DNA of 63,688 nucleotides, filler included. It is 5 parts of 5 records of this genome, joined end to end, with 100 filler letters (N's around TTAATTAATTAA, not from the genome) between each part and the next. Parts side by side here need not be neighbours in the genome. Positions count along the whole stretch, not along the records: positions 19,686 to 48,576 come from SRR2962707_2013; positions 48,677 to 54,658 come from SRR2962707_2017; 3 more parts are not named here. One strand, written 5' to 3'. The notes under the pieces are model-generated. The model did not search any database. It was given only the letters and a program-made list of their open reading frames with translations, and was not told where the DNA came from. The translations under genes and the position numbers were made by a program. This document shows, in pieces, positions 39,339-48,685 of this stretch; within the stretch, counting starts at the first letter, position 1, and the number at the start of each line of letters is the position of its first letter.

Positions 39339-40870
39339 CATCGATGTCAGCGTTCAATCGTATACATCAACTGCTCGACCGTAATCTGGATCTGCGCGGC
39401 AGTGAACCGGCCGTGATCGACAGCGACGGGCGACAGGTGAATTGGCAGCAATACGCCACAATATCAAAAGACTATGCCGATCTGTTGGCGCAGGGCGGCG
39501 TCCGGCAGGGTGACCGCGTTCTGATCGTTGCCGAAAACTGCCTGTCTGTGGCCGCAGCGATCTTTGCGGCAAGCCGGATCGGCGCATGGGCGGTGCCCGT
39601 GAATGCGCGCATGGCCCAGCAGGAACTGGACCGGATTATTATCCATGCGGATCCGGCGATGGTGCTTTTTACCTCTTATGTCTCGCAAGAGGCATTGGGC
39701 CACGCGGACCGGTGCGGTGCGGCGTCTGTTGCGACCGGCGCGGGCCAAGTGCATATTTTGTGGCGATCCGGGACGAGCAGGGAGGTCATGGAACAGGATC
39801 CCGAGGGCGTTGCAGTGCTGCTTTATACAACCGGTACGACGGGCGACCCAAAGGGCGTGATGCTGAGTCATGGCAATCTGCTTTATGCGGCCAAAGCGTC
39901 TGCCGAACTGCGCGATCTGGGGTCGATGGACCGGGTCTATGGGGCGCTGCCGCTGACCCATGTATTTGGTCTTGCGTCGATGTTGATGGCCTCGGCACAG
40001 GCCGGGGCGACGGTGCAGCTTGCGGCACGGTTCAGCCCGGGCGCGCTATACCGCGCGCTGTTGGATGGGGTGACGGTGCTGCCTGCGGTGCCGCAGATGC
40101 ACGCCCTTTTGATGGCTTATGCGGTTGAAAACGGACATGAAAATATCGGTAACGCGGTGCTGCGGTATGTATCGTCCGGGGCGGCGCCGCTGGACCCCGC
40201 GTGGAAACGCAAGGCCGAAGGGTTCTATGGTATCGCGTTGCAGAACGGCTATGGCATGACCGAAAGCACGGCAGGTGTTTCCGGGACACGCAACCCTAGG
40301 GGACTGGCCGATATCAGCGTTGGTCCGGCGCTGCCGGGGGTCGAGATTGCGCTGGACGAAAGCGTCGGTAGTGAGCCGGGTGTGGGCGAGGTTCTGACGC
40401 GGGGACCGCATGTCATGAAGGGCTATTTCCGCAACCCGTCAGAAACCGCCAAAGCGGTGAGCGCGGAGGGGTGGCTGCGGACCGGGGACCTTGGAAAGAT
40501 TGATGAAAATCAAAGCCTTCACATCGTTGGACGCTGCAAGGAGTTAATCATCCGGGGCGGTTTCAACGTCTATCCGCCCGAAGTCGAGGCCGCGCTGAAC
40601 GACCATCCGGCCGTGGTACAATCCGCCGTGATCGGGCAGTGCGGGGAGGGGGGCAATGAGGATATCCTTGCCTTTGTGCAGATCAGGCAGGCGGATGCGG
40701 TGCAAGCTTCTGAATTAAAAGAATTTGTTGCCGAAAGACTGTCGAATTACAAGCGGCCCACACGGATTTTTCTGGTTACAGGACTGCCGGCATCTGCCAC
40801 GGGCAAGATCCTGAAACACCGGCTGCTGGGCCATTTTGCCGATCTACTGGCCGCCCCGGGAGAGGGCTGA
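39335..40870 (+). CDS. Class I adenylate-forming enzyme / acyl-CoA ligase (PimA-like)
   Basis: YTTGTTGDPKG, NGYGMTE, RTGDLG, GRCKELIIRGGFNVYPPEVE and TGKILK. Confidence 0.93.
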   Translation: MTSMSAFNRIHQLLDRNLDLRGSEPAVIDSDGRQVNWQQYATISKDYADLLAQGGVRQGDRVLIVAENCLSVAAAIFAASRIGAWAVPVNARMAQQELDRIIIHADPAMVLFTSYVSQEALGHADRCGAASVATGAGQVHILWRSGTSREVMEQDPEGVAVLLYTTGTTGDPKGVMLSHGNLLYAAKASAELRDLGSMDRVYGALPLTHVFGLASMLMASAQAGATVQLAARFSPGALYRALLDGVTVLPAVPQMHALLMAYAVENGHENIGNAVLRYVSSGAAPLDPAWKRKAEGFYGIALQNGYGMTESTAGVSGTRNPRGLADISVGPALPGVEIALDESVGSEPGVGEVLTRGPHVMKGYFRNPSETAKAVSAEGWLRTGDLGKIDENQSLHIVGRCKELIIRGGFNVYPPEVEAALNDHPAVVQSAVIGQCGEGGNEDILAFVQIRQADAVQASELKEFVAERLSNYKRPTRIFLVTGLPASATGKILKHRLLGHFADLLAAPGEG

Positions 40871-40887
40871 AACCCGGGGCTGGCTGG

Positions 40888-40927
40888 CGTATGGAACCCG
40901 TATGGAATGCGTATGGCAAACGTATGG
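40888..40927 (+). repeat. CGTATGG heptamer x4 at exact 11-bp period
   Basis: Copies start at 40888, 40899, 40910 and 40921. Confidence 0.9.
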
Positions 40928-40958
40928 CTCTGATGCGAATGATTTGCAATTTGTCGAC

Positions 40959-41010
40959 CGGGCCAGTGTGAACGTGCAGATGTGACCGTGCAGATGTGAC
41001 CGGGGCAGGT
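40959..41010 (+). repeat. 14-bp tandem repeat CGTGCAGATGTGAC x2 with degenerate flanking units
   Basis: Perfect units at 40973-40986 and 40987-41000. Degenerate units at 40959-40972 and from 41001. Confidence 0.85.
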
Positions 41011-41298
41011 CAGTTCGCTGTCTGGCCCCGCGTCATGCATCGTGGAATTGGAACGATCCGGGCGCAGCTGAGTTGGTCCGCCGGAAAGGTGCGCGCGGCG
41101 GGCTGCGCGCTGTGACCGCGTCACGCAACCAAACGAGTGGGCAAATGATGTCCCACATCGCTGTGGTGAAAAAACCGGCGATGTTCAGGTGTTTAAACGA
41201 TCACAAGCCCGGAAAACCGGCAAGCCGCCGCAATGGGGGGATGCAAATCCCCTGCGTACCTGAAATGGTGACGCAAAATGTCAGGGGAAGCCGAAAAA

Positions 41299-44200
41299 AT
41301 GGCCATTTACGCAAGCATACGCCACCTTACGCATTACAAGTATGACCGCAACGTCACGATGGGGCCCCAGATTATCCGCCTGCGTCCCGCACCCTATAGC
41401 CGGACACGGGTGATTTCCCATTCTCTCAAGGTGTCGCCGCAGCCGCATTTCGTTAACCACCAGCAGGACCCCTATGGCAACTGGTTGGCGCGCTATGTGT
41501 TTCCCGAACCCGTGCGCGAGTTCAAGATTGAGGTGGACGTTGTGGCCGATATGTCGGTCTACAATCCGTTTGATTTCTTTGTTGAGGAATCTGCCGAGTT
41601 CTATCCGTTTGAGTATCCGGCCGAGCTGGTGGATGATCTGTCGATCTATCGCCGGGCAGAGCCTGCGACGCCGATGCTGGCCGAGTTCATCAAACAGATC
41701 CCGACGGACAAGACCCGGATTGTTGACTGGCTGGTGATGCTGAACGCCAAGGTGGCAAACGACATCGAATATACCATCCGCATGGAAGCGGGGGTGCAGA
41801 CGCCGGAAGATACATTGCAAAAGGCGCTGGGATCGTGCCGGGATTCAAGCTGGCTGCTGGTCAATGTGCTGCGGCATCTTGGCCTCGCGGCACGGTTCGT
41901 GTCGGGATATCTGATCCAGCTGAAGCCGGATCTTCAGGCGTTGGATGGCCCGTCGGGAACAGAACAGGATTTCACCGACCTGCACGCCTGGGTCGAGGTG
42001 TATTTGCCTGGTGCGGGTTGGATCGGGCTTGACCCGACAAGCGGTCTGTTTGCGGGGGAATCGCATATCCCGCTGGCCGCGACGCCGCATTACCAGAATG
42101 CAGCACCCATTTCCGGTGGCTATCAGGCACAGGGCACGCCCGAGGTCGAATTTGAATTCGACATGACGGTGACCCGGGTTGCCGAACATCCCCGCATCAC
42201 CAAGCCGTTTTCCGAGGAAAGCTGGCAGCGGCTGAACAGCTTGGGCAAGCAGATCGATACCGAGCTTGAGACCGGCGATGTGCGTCTGACCATGGGTGGC
42301 GAGCCGACGTTCGTGTCGATCGACGATTATGAAGCGGCTGAGTGGAACACCGCCGCCGTGGGGCCGACCAAACGTGGCCTTGCCGATCAGTTGATCCGCC
42401 GGTTGCGTGACAAATTCGCGCCGGGTGGGTTCCTGCATTATGGGCAGGGCAAATGGTATCCGGGCGAGACCCTGCCGCGCTGGACCTTTTCGCTGTACTG
42501 GCGCAAGGACGAAAAGCCGATCTGGGCCGATGCGGACCTTGTCGCGCTCGAGAATGCCGAAACCGGGGCCGATGCACAAAAGGCGGGTGAGTTTATTGCC
42601 CAATTTGCACAGGAGCTGGGGATCGAGCCGGATATGGCCGTGCCTGCCTATGAGGACCCCGCCGAGTGGATCATAAAGGAAGGCAACCTGCCCGAGAATG
42701 TGACCCCCGAGAATTCCAAGCTGAAGGACCCCGAGGAACGCCACCGCATCGCGCGGGTGTTCGGGCGCGGGTTGACCGAGCCGTCGGGCTTTGTGCTGCC
42801 GATCCAGCGCTGGCAATCAAAGGCATCGGGTCGCCAGTGGCGGTCTGAGAAGTGGAAGCTGCGGCGCGGGCATGTGTACCTCGTGCCCGGGGATTCGCCT
42901 GTCGGGTATCGTATCCCGCTGGGTGCGCTGCCCCATGTGCCGCCTGCGGCCTACCCGTACACTTATGTCACCGATCCCAGCGTGAACCGCGATCCGCTGC
43001 CTGAATACGATCAAGGCATCACGACGCCCGAGGTGACGGCGCAGCACAGCCAGCCGGTGTCGGCACCCGCAGCGCAGAAGGCCGTGCAGGATGTGATCGA
43101 GCAGGAGCTGGGCGGCGTTGGCGGGGCCGTGCGCACCGCGATGACGGTCGAGCCGCGCGATGGCAAACTGTGCATCTTTATGCCCCCGGTCGAGGATATG
43201 GAAGATTACCTTGACCTGATCGCCGCAGCAGAACGCACCGCCAAAAAGATGGGTCTGCCGATCCATATCGAAGGCTATGCGCCGCCCCACGATCCGCGCA
43301 TCAACGTGATCCGCGTAGCACCCGACCCCGGTGTGATCGAGGTGAACATTCACCCCGCCGACAATTGGGACGACTGCGTGGCCACGACCGAGGCGATCTA
43401 TGAAGAGGCGCGCCAGTGCCGTCTGGGGGCTGACAAGTTCATGATCGACGGGCGCCACACCGGAACCGGCGGCGGCAACCACGTTGTTGTCGGCGGGGCC
43501 ACGCCCAATGACAGCCCGTTCCTGCGCCGTCCCGATCTGCTGAAATCGCTGATCCTGACCTGGCAGCGGCATCCGTCGCTGTCCTATCTGTTTGCCGGGT
43601 TGTTCATCGGGCCGACATCGCAGGCCCCCCGGATCGACGAGGCGCGGCACGATACGCTATATGAGCTGGAAATCGCGCTGAGCCAGATTCCGGACCCGAA
43701 AAACGCGCCGCCACCACCGCCCTGGTTGGTGGATCGTCTGCTGCGCAACATGATGACGGATGTGACCGGTAACACCCACCGGGCCGAAATCTGCATCGAC
43801 AAACTGTTTTCGCCCGATGGCCCGACGGGGCGGCTGGGTCTGGTCGAATTTCGCGGGTTCGAGATGCCGCCGGACCCCAAGATGAGCCTTGCCCAGCAGG
43901 TGCTGATCCGGGCGATAATTGCGCGGTGCTGGAATGATCCGATCAGCGGCACCCCGGTTCGTTGGGGTACAGAGCTGCACGACCGTTACATGCTGCCCCA
44001 TTACCTGTGGCAGGATTTCATGGATCTGCTGCGCGATCTGGATCAGCACGGCTTCAAGCTCGACCCCGAATGGTTCGTGGCGCAGGAAGAGTTCCGTTTC
44101 CCGTTCTGCGGGCAGGTGGAATATGAAGGCACCAATCTGGAGATCCGTCAGGCGCTGGAGCCTTGGCACGTGCTGGGCGAAACCGGCGCAATTGGCGGCA

Positions 44201-44646
44201 CCGTGCGCTATACCGACAGTTCGGTGGAACGGTTGCAGGTCAAACTGACCACGTCGAACCCGGAACGGTATGGCGTGACCTGTAATGGCCGCACCGTGCC
44301 GTTGCGCAAGACCGACACCAGCGGCGTGTCTGTCGCGGGCGTACGGTTCAAGGCGTGGCAACCGGCCGAGGCGCTGCACCCGACGCTGCCAGTTGATGCG
44401 CCGCTGACGTTTGATATCTTTGACAAATGGTCGGGTCGGGCGCTGGGCGGTTGTGTCTATCACGTGGCGCATCCGGGTGGACGGAACTATGAGACCTTCC
44501 CGGTCAATGGTAACGAGGCCGAGGCACGCCGTCTGGCGCGGTTCGAGGCATTGGGCCACAATCCCGGTGCCTATTGGCCGCCGCAGGACCAGACCCACCC
44601 CGAGTTTCCGATGACGCTTGACCTGCGTCGGGCGCCCGGGATCTGA
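41299..44646 (+). CDS. Transglutaminase-like protein fused to DUF2126 (putative COOH-NH2 ligase)
   Basis: HLTHYKYD...IRLRP N-domain and GSCRDSS / HAW / LDPT triad, then LTMGGEPTFVS, APDPGVIEVN, TGGGNH, GNTHRAEICIDKL and VEFRGFEMPP. Confidence 0.9.
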   Translation: MAIYASIRHLTHYKYDRNVTMGPQIIRLRPAPYSRTRVISHSLKVSPQPHFVNHQQDPYGNWLARYVFPEPVREFKIEVDVVADMSVYNPFDFFVEESAEFYPFEYPAELVDDLSIYRRAEPATPMLAEFIKQIPTDKTRIVDWLVMLNAKVANDIEYTIRMEAGVQTPEDTLQKALGSCRDSSWLLVNVLRHLGLAARFVSGYLIQLKPDLQALDGPSGTEQDFTDLHAWVEVYLPGAGWIGLDPTSGLFAGESHIPLAATPHYQNAAPISGGYQAQGTPEVEFEFDMTVTRVAEHPRITKPFSEESWQRLNSLGKQIDTELETGDVRLTMGGEPTFVSIDDYEAAEWNTAAVGPTKRGLADQLIRRLRDKFAPGGFLHYGQGKWYPGETLPRWTFSLYWRKDEKPIWADADLVALENAETGADAQKAGEFIAQFAQELGIEPDMAVPAYEDPAEWIIKEGNLPENVTPENSKLKDPEERHRIARVFGRGLTEPSGFVLPIQRWQSKASGRQWRSEKWKLRRGHVYLVPGDSPVGYRIPLGALPHVPPAAYPYTYVTDPSVNRDPLPEYDQGITTPEVTAQHSQPVSAPAAQKAVQDVIEQELGGVGGAVRTAMTVEPRDGKLCIFMPPVEDMEDYLDLIAAAERTAKKMGLPIHIEGYAPPHDPRINVIRVAPDPGVIEVNIHPADNWDDCVATTEAIYEEARQCRLGADKFMIDGRHTGTGGGNHVVVGGATPNDSPFLRRPDLLKSLILTWQRHPSLSYLFAGLFIGPTSQAPRIDEARHDTLYELEIALSQIPDPKNAPPPPPWLVDRLLRNMMTDVTGNTHRAEICIDKLFSPDGPTGRLGLVEFRGFEMPPDPKMSLAQQVLIRAIIARCWNDPISGTPVRWGTELHDRYMLPHYLWQDFMDLLRDLDQHGFKLDPEWFVAQEEFRFPFCGQVEYEGTNLEIRQALEPWHVLGETGAIGGTVRYTDSSVERLQVKLTTSNPERYGVTCNGRTVPLRKTDTSGVSVAGVRFKAWQPAEALHPTLPVDAPLTFDIFDKWSGRALGGCVYHVAHPGGRNYETFPVNGNEAEARRLARFEALGHNPGAYWPPQDQTHPEFPMTLDLRRAPGI

Positions 44647-44650
44647 ACTG

Positions 44651-47047
44651 GTGGATGCTGCCAGTACAAACGATAATGATGCCATAGCCGCGCTGGTCCG
44701 CGGCTATGGCATTCCTGCGGGCGTGTCGGACGAGATGATCGGCGCGGACGGGCAGGTGCGTCCGGTCTGGCGGCCCTTTCTGCAACGTTTTGCCCGTCTC
44801 AGTGTCGAGGAAATCGCGCGTCGCTTTGACCGGGGTGACAGGTATCTGCGCGATGCCGGGGTGTTCTATCGCCAGTTTCGCGAGGCGGATTCGACCGAAC
44901 GCGACTGGCCGCTGAGCCATGTCCCGGTCCTGGTGGACGAAACCGAATGGACGCAGATCACCGCCGGGCTGCGCCAGCGGGCAGATCTGCTCGAATTGGT
45001 TGCGCGGGATCTCTATGGCCCCGGCAATCTGGTGCGCAAAGGGATGCTGCCGACCGAACTGGTGGCGGGCAACCCGGCATGGCTGCGCCCGATGGTGGGC
45101 ATTGAACCCAAGTCGGGGCATTTCCTGAATTTTGTGGCCTTTGAACTGGGGCGCAATCCGGATGGGTCGTGGTTTGTGCTGGGGGACCGGACCGAGGCCC
45201 CTTCGGGGGCGGGGTTTGCGCTCGAAAACCGGGTTGCGACCATGCGAACCTTTTCCGACCCCTTTCCGCATGGCACGATCCACCGGCTGGCGGATTTCTT
45301 TCGCGATTTCCGCAATTCGATGCAGGGCGTCGACCCGAGCCCGGAAACCCGCGCGGCGATCCTGACCGCCGGTATCGGGACAGAGACCTATTTCGAACAT
45401 GCCTATATCGCGCGCTACCTTGGGCTTATGCTGCTTGAGGGTGAGGATCTGGTGGTCGAACAGGGCCGCACGATGGTGCGCACCGTGGCTGGCAACAAAC
45501 CGGTTTCGGTGCTGTGGCGGCGCATGGATGCGGCCTTTGCCGATCCGCTGGAACTGAATGACAAGAGCCAGATCGGCACGCCGGGTTTGGTGAATTCGAT
45601 CCGGTCCGGGCATCTGTCGATGTTCAACGCGCTGGGGACCGGGGTTTTGCAGACGCGGGCGTTTCTGGCGTTTCTGCCGCGCATCGCGCGTGAATTGCAG
45701 GGCCAGCCACTGTTGATTCCGAATATTGCGACATGGTGGTGCGGTGGTGCGACCCAGCGCGCCTATGTGCAGGCGCATTCGGACCGCATGACCATCGGTG
45801 ACGCGCTGGCGCAGGATTTGCCGTTCGAGGTGGAGGACAGCACGGTGGTCGCGGGGCGGTTTCCCGATGGCCGCGTCGCGGATGTTGCCGGGTTACTGGC
45901 CGCGCAGGGCCCCGCGCTGGTTGGCCAGGAGGCGGTGAGCCTGTCCACAACACCCGTTTACGAGGACGGTCGGCTGGTGCCGCGCCCGGTCATGTTGCGG
46001 GTGTTCGCGGCGCGTACGGCGCAGGGCTGGTCGATCATGCCGGGGGGATATGCGCGCATTGGCCCAAGTGGCGATGCCACGGCGCTGTCGCTGCGCAGCG
46101 GCGGGTCGGTGGCCGATGTCTGGATCGTGTCAGACCGCAACGTGCCGACCGACCGGTTTGCCACCGTCGAACGCCCGTTCCAGCGCGCCACGCCCAGCAT
46201 GCTGCCGTCGCGGGCGGCGGACAACCTGTACTGGATGGGGCGCTATGTCGAACGGGCCGAGGGTCTGATCCGGCTGGCGCGATCCTATCACATCCGTCTG
46301 GCCGAGGCCGGCGTTTCGGACGATCTGCGGGTCGCCCGGATCGCAAAATATCTAGGCCGGACCGGGGTCAAGCTGGACACGCCGGTGCCACCGGACATTC
46401 TGGGCCATATTCAGCATGCGATCTATTGCGCGGCCAAGGTGCGGGACCGTTTTTCCATCGACGGCTGGATCGCGCTGCGATCGCTCGAAGAGGAAATCGT
46501 CGATGCCCGCGCGCCCCTGCCGGGGGATGAGGCGGCGCGGGCGCTTGGCCTGATGTTGCGCGGCACGGCGGCCTTTGGCGGTTTGGTGCATGACAACATG
46601 TATCGTTTTGTCGGTTGGCGGTTTCTGAGCCTGGGTCGGGCGTTGGAGCGCGCGCAGGTGATGACCCGCCTGCTGGCCGATTTCGCCGCACCCACCGCCC
46701 CCGAGGGCAGTTTCGACATCGCAATCGAGGTGGGGGATTCGGTGATCACCCATCGCCGCCGTTATCTGATCCAGACAAACCGCAGCACGGTCATCGATCT
46801 GCTGGCGCTGGATCCCCGCAACCCGCGGTCGGTGCGGTATCAGGTAAGTGCGATCCGCCGCCTGATTGCAGAACTGCCTGGCGCTGAGGTAAATGGAGAG
46901 CTGTCAGAACTGGCGCGCGCCATTCTACGGGTTGAAACCAGCCTGTCCGTGGCCGATCCGGCGCGGTTGGATACCGATCAGCTGACCTCGATGTCCCGCG
47001 CGCTGGGGCGGGTTTCGGATCTGCTGACCCAGAGTTATCTGACGTAG
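44651..47047 (+). CDS. Circularly permuted ATP-grasp type 2 protein fused to an alpha-E domain
   Basis: DRTEAPSGAGFALENR, TYFEHAYIARYLG, DPLEL, MPGGYAR and ADVWI, then alpha-E ER motifs GRYVERAE and GRALERA and NPRS. Start at GTG 44651 is uncertain. Confidence 0.9.
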   Translation: MDAASTNDNDAIAALVRGYGIPAGVSDEMIGADGQVRPVWRPFLQRFARLSVEEIARRFDRGDRYLRDAGVFYRQFREADSTERDWPLSHVPVLVDETEWTQITAGLRQRADLLELVARDLYGPGNLVRKGMLPTELVAGNPAWLRPMVGIEPKSGHFLNFVAFELGRNPDGSWFVLGDRTEAPSGAGFALENRVATMRTFSDPFPHGTIHRLADFFRDFRNSMQGVDPSPETRAAILTAGIGTETYFEHAYIARYLGLMLLEGEDLVVEQGRTMVRTVAGNKPVSVLWRRMDAAFADPLELNDKSQIGTPGLVNSIRSGHLSMFNALGTGVLQTRAFLAFLPRIARELQGQPLLIPNIATWWCGGATQRAYVQAHSDRMTIGDALAQDLPFEVEDSTVVAGRFPDGRVADVAGLLAAQGPALVGQEAVSLSTTPVYEDGRLVPRPVMLRVFAARTAQGWSIMPGGYARIGPSGDATALSLRSGGSVADVWIVSDRNVPTDRFATVERPFQRATPSMLPSRAADNLYWMGRYVERAEGLIRLARSYHIRLAEAGVSDDLRVARIAKYLGRTGVKLDTPVPPDILGHIQHAIYCAAKVRDRFSIDGWIALRSLEEEIVDARAPLPGDEAARALGLMLRGTAAFGGLVHDNMYRFVGWRFLSLGRALERAQVMTRLLADFAAPTAPEGSFDIAIEVGDSVITHRRRYLIQTNRSTVIDLLALDPRNPRSVRYQVSAIRRLIAELPGAEVNGELSELARAILRVETSLSVADPARLDTDQLTSMSRALGRVSDLLTQSYLT

Positions 47048-47051
47048 CGCC

Positions 47052-47933
47052 ATGCTGTATGACATCAAACTGATCATATCCTACAACTATCGCGCGCCGT
47101 CGATGCAGGCGCGCAATGTGCTGCGGGTGCTACCGTTGAACATCGATGGTGTGCAGCGGCGCATCACCGGCGAGGTGAGCTTTGATCCGCGCCCGCAGGA
47201 ACGGGTCGACTGGATCGACTTTTTCGGCAACGCGATGACCGAGATCGCCTTTGAACAGCCGCTGACCAAGCTTCGGGTCGAACTGCGGTCGCGGGTTGAG
47301 CGGATCGCGCAGGCACCGCAGCTGGATCTGTCGCCGACACGGCCACGTCTGACCCAGGAACTGGCGGATTTGACCGACATCGGCGCCAACAGCCCGCACC
47401 ATTATCTGACACCATCGCCGCGTGTTCCGTTTGACGGTGCCATCACGCAGTTCGTCGGCGACCTGCTATTGCAGGGCGGTACGGTGCTGGCGGCGGTGCG
47501 CGATGTGGGCCGTGCGTTGCACCGTGAAATGCGGTTCGATTCCAAGGCGACGGATGTGAACACCCGGCCTGCCGAATCCTTTCGCAAGCGGCACGGCGTC
47601 TGTCAGGACTTTAGCCATGTGATGATCGCGGGGCTGCGCGCCAATGGCATCCCGGCGGGATATGTCAGTGGCTTTCTGCGTACCGAACCGCCCGCAGGCA
47701 AGCCGCGCCTTGAGGGGGCGGATGCGATGCACGCCTGGGTGCGGGTCTGGTGCGGGGCCGAGGTAGGCTGGATCGAATATGACCCGACGAACGATGTCAT
47801 GGTCAGCGCCGACCATGTGGTGGTGGCGATCGGGCGCGACTATTCCGACGTGGCCCCGGTCAAGGGCGCGGTTAGATCGTCGGGCGGGCATAAAAGCCGC
47901 CACACCGTCGATATGGTGCCGCTGCCGGAATAG
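47052..47933 (+). CDS. Transglutaminase family protein
   Basis: DFFGN, GVCQDF, YVSG, HAW, YDPTN and GRDYSDVAP. Confidence 0.92.
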   Translation: MLYDIKLIISYNYRAPSMQARNVLRVLPLNIDGVQRRITGEVSFDPRPQERVDWIDFFGNAMTEIAFEQPLTKLRVELRSRVERIAQAPQLDLSPTRPRLTQELADLTDIGANSPHHYLTPSPRVPFDGAITQFVGDLLLQGGTVLAAVRDVGRALHREMRFDSKATDVNTRPAESFRKRHGVCQDFSHVMIAGLRANGIPAGYVSGFLRTEPPAGKPRLEGADAMHAWVRVWCGAEVGWIEYDPTNDVMVSADHVVVAIGRDYSDVAPVKGAVRSSGGHKSRHTVDMVPLPE

Positions 47934-48000
47934 GGGCCACCAAGCGGAAAGGTGAAAATCGCCACGCCATTAAACGGGTTGCGACAAATTTTATTCCTCT

Positions 48001-48069
48001 TGCGGGCGTATTTTCGCACAGAAGAAGACGGGACAGATCCCCCGTGCCTTTCTTGGCCAGATACGCGCA
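48001..48069. repeat. Imperfect inverted pair of REP-like TCTTCT-N8-ATACG elements
   Basis: Minus-strand copy CGTAT-N8-AGAAGA at 48007-48025 and a degenerate plus-strand copy CTTTCT-N7-ATACG at 48048-48065, between convergent genes. Confidence 0.5.
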
Positions 48070-48089
48070 TTTGTGGCGGCGCGGTTGGA

Positions 48090-48576
48090 TCAGCGCAGCC
48101 GCGCGCCGGAACCGTCGTCGAAGAACAACACATGTTCGGGCGCGATGCTGACACTGAGCCTGTCGCCGGGCCGTGAACGGGTCTGGCCGCGTTCTTCGAC
48201 GACCAGCTTTTCGCCTGTCGGGGTCACGAGGTGGGCATAGGACACGCCACCAAGGCTTTCCATTAGATCAACTGTCAACGGGCCGCCCTGTTTGGCGGTC
48301 AGATGTTCCGGGCGCAGGCCGACATTTAGCGCCTGTCCGGTCTGTGCTGAAGCAGGGGCCGGTACGGTCATGTCCAGCCCCGCGACGGCGACGCCTGCGG
48401 GGGTGACCGTGCCCGGAAGAAAGTTCATGGCGGGCGAACCGATGAAGCCCGCAACAAATCGGTTGTCTGGATCGCGGTAAAGATCCATCGGCGCGCCGAC
48501 CTGTTCGATATGTCCCGCGCGTAGCACGACGATCTTGTCGGCCAGTGTCATCGCCTCGACCTGATCATGGGTGACA
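48090..48576 (-). CDS. MalK/UgpC-type sugar ABC ATP-binding protein, C-terminal fragment
   Basis: [29 protein letters not shown] and GLRPEH (TOBE region). Confidence 0.92.
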
Positions 48577-48676
48577 NNNNNNNNNNNNNNNNNNNNNNNN
48601 NNNNNNNNNNNNNNNNNNNNTTAATTAATTAANNNNNNNNNNNNNNNNNNNNNNNNNNNNNNNNNNNNNNNNNNNN
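48577..48676. other. Artificial contig spacer
   Basis: N44-TTAATTAATTAA-N44. Confidence 0.99.
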
Positions 48677-48685
48677 TGCCGGTGA

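Noticed and set aside
40914-40929. Possible sigma-54 promoter (TGGCA...GG-N10-GC)
   Set aside because: The -12 element is TGGC rather than TTGC, and the match arises from the heptamer repeat itself.
40888-41010. Repeats as a possible CRISPR array
   Set aside because: Units of 7-14 bp with spacers of 0-4 nt are far too short, and no cas genes are present.
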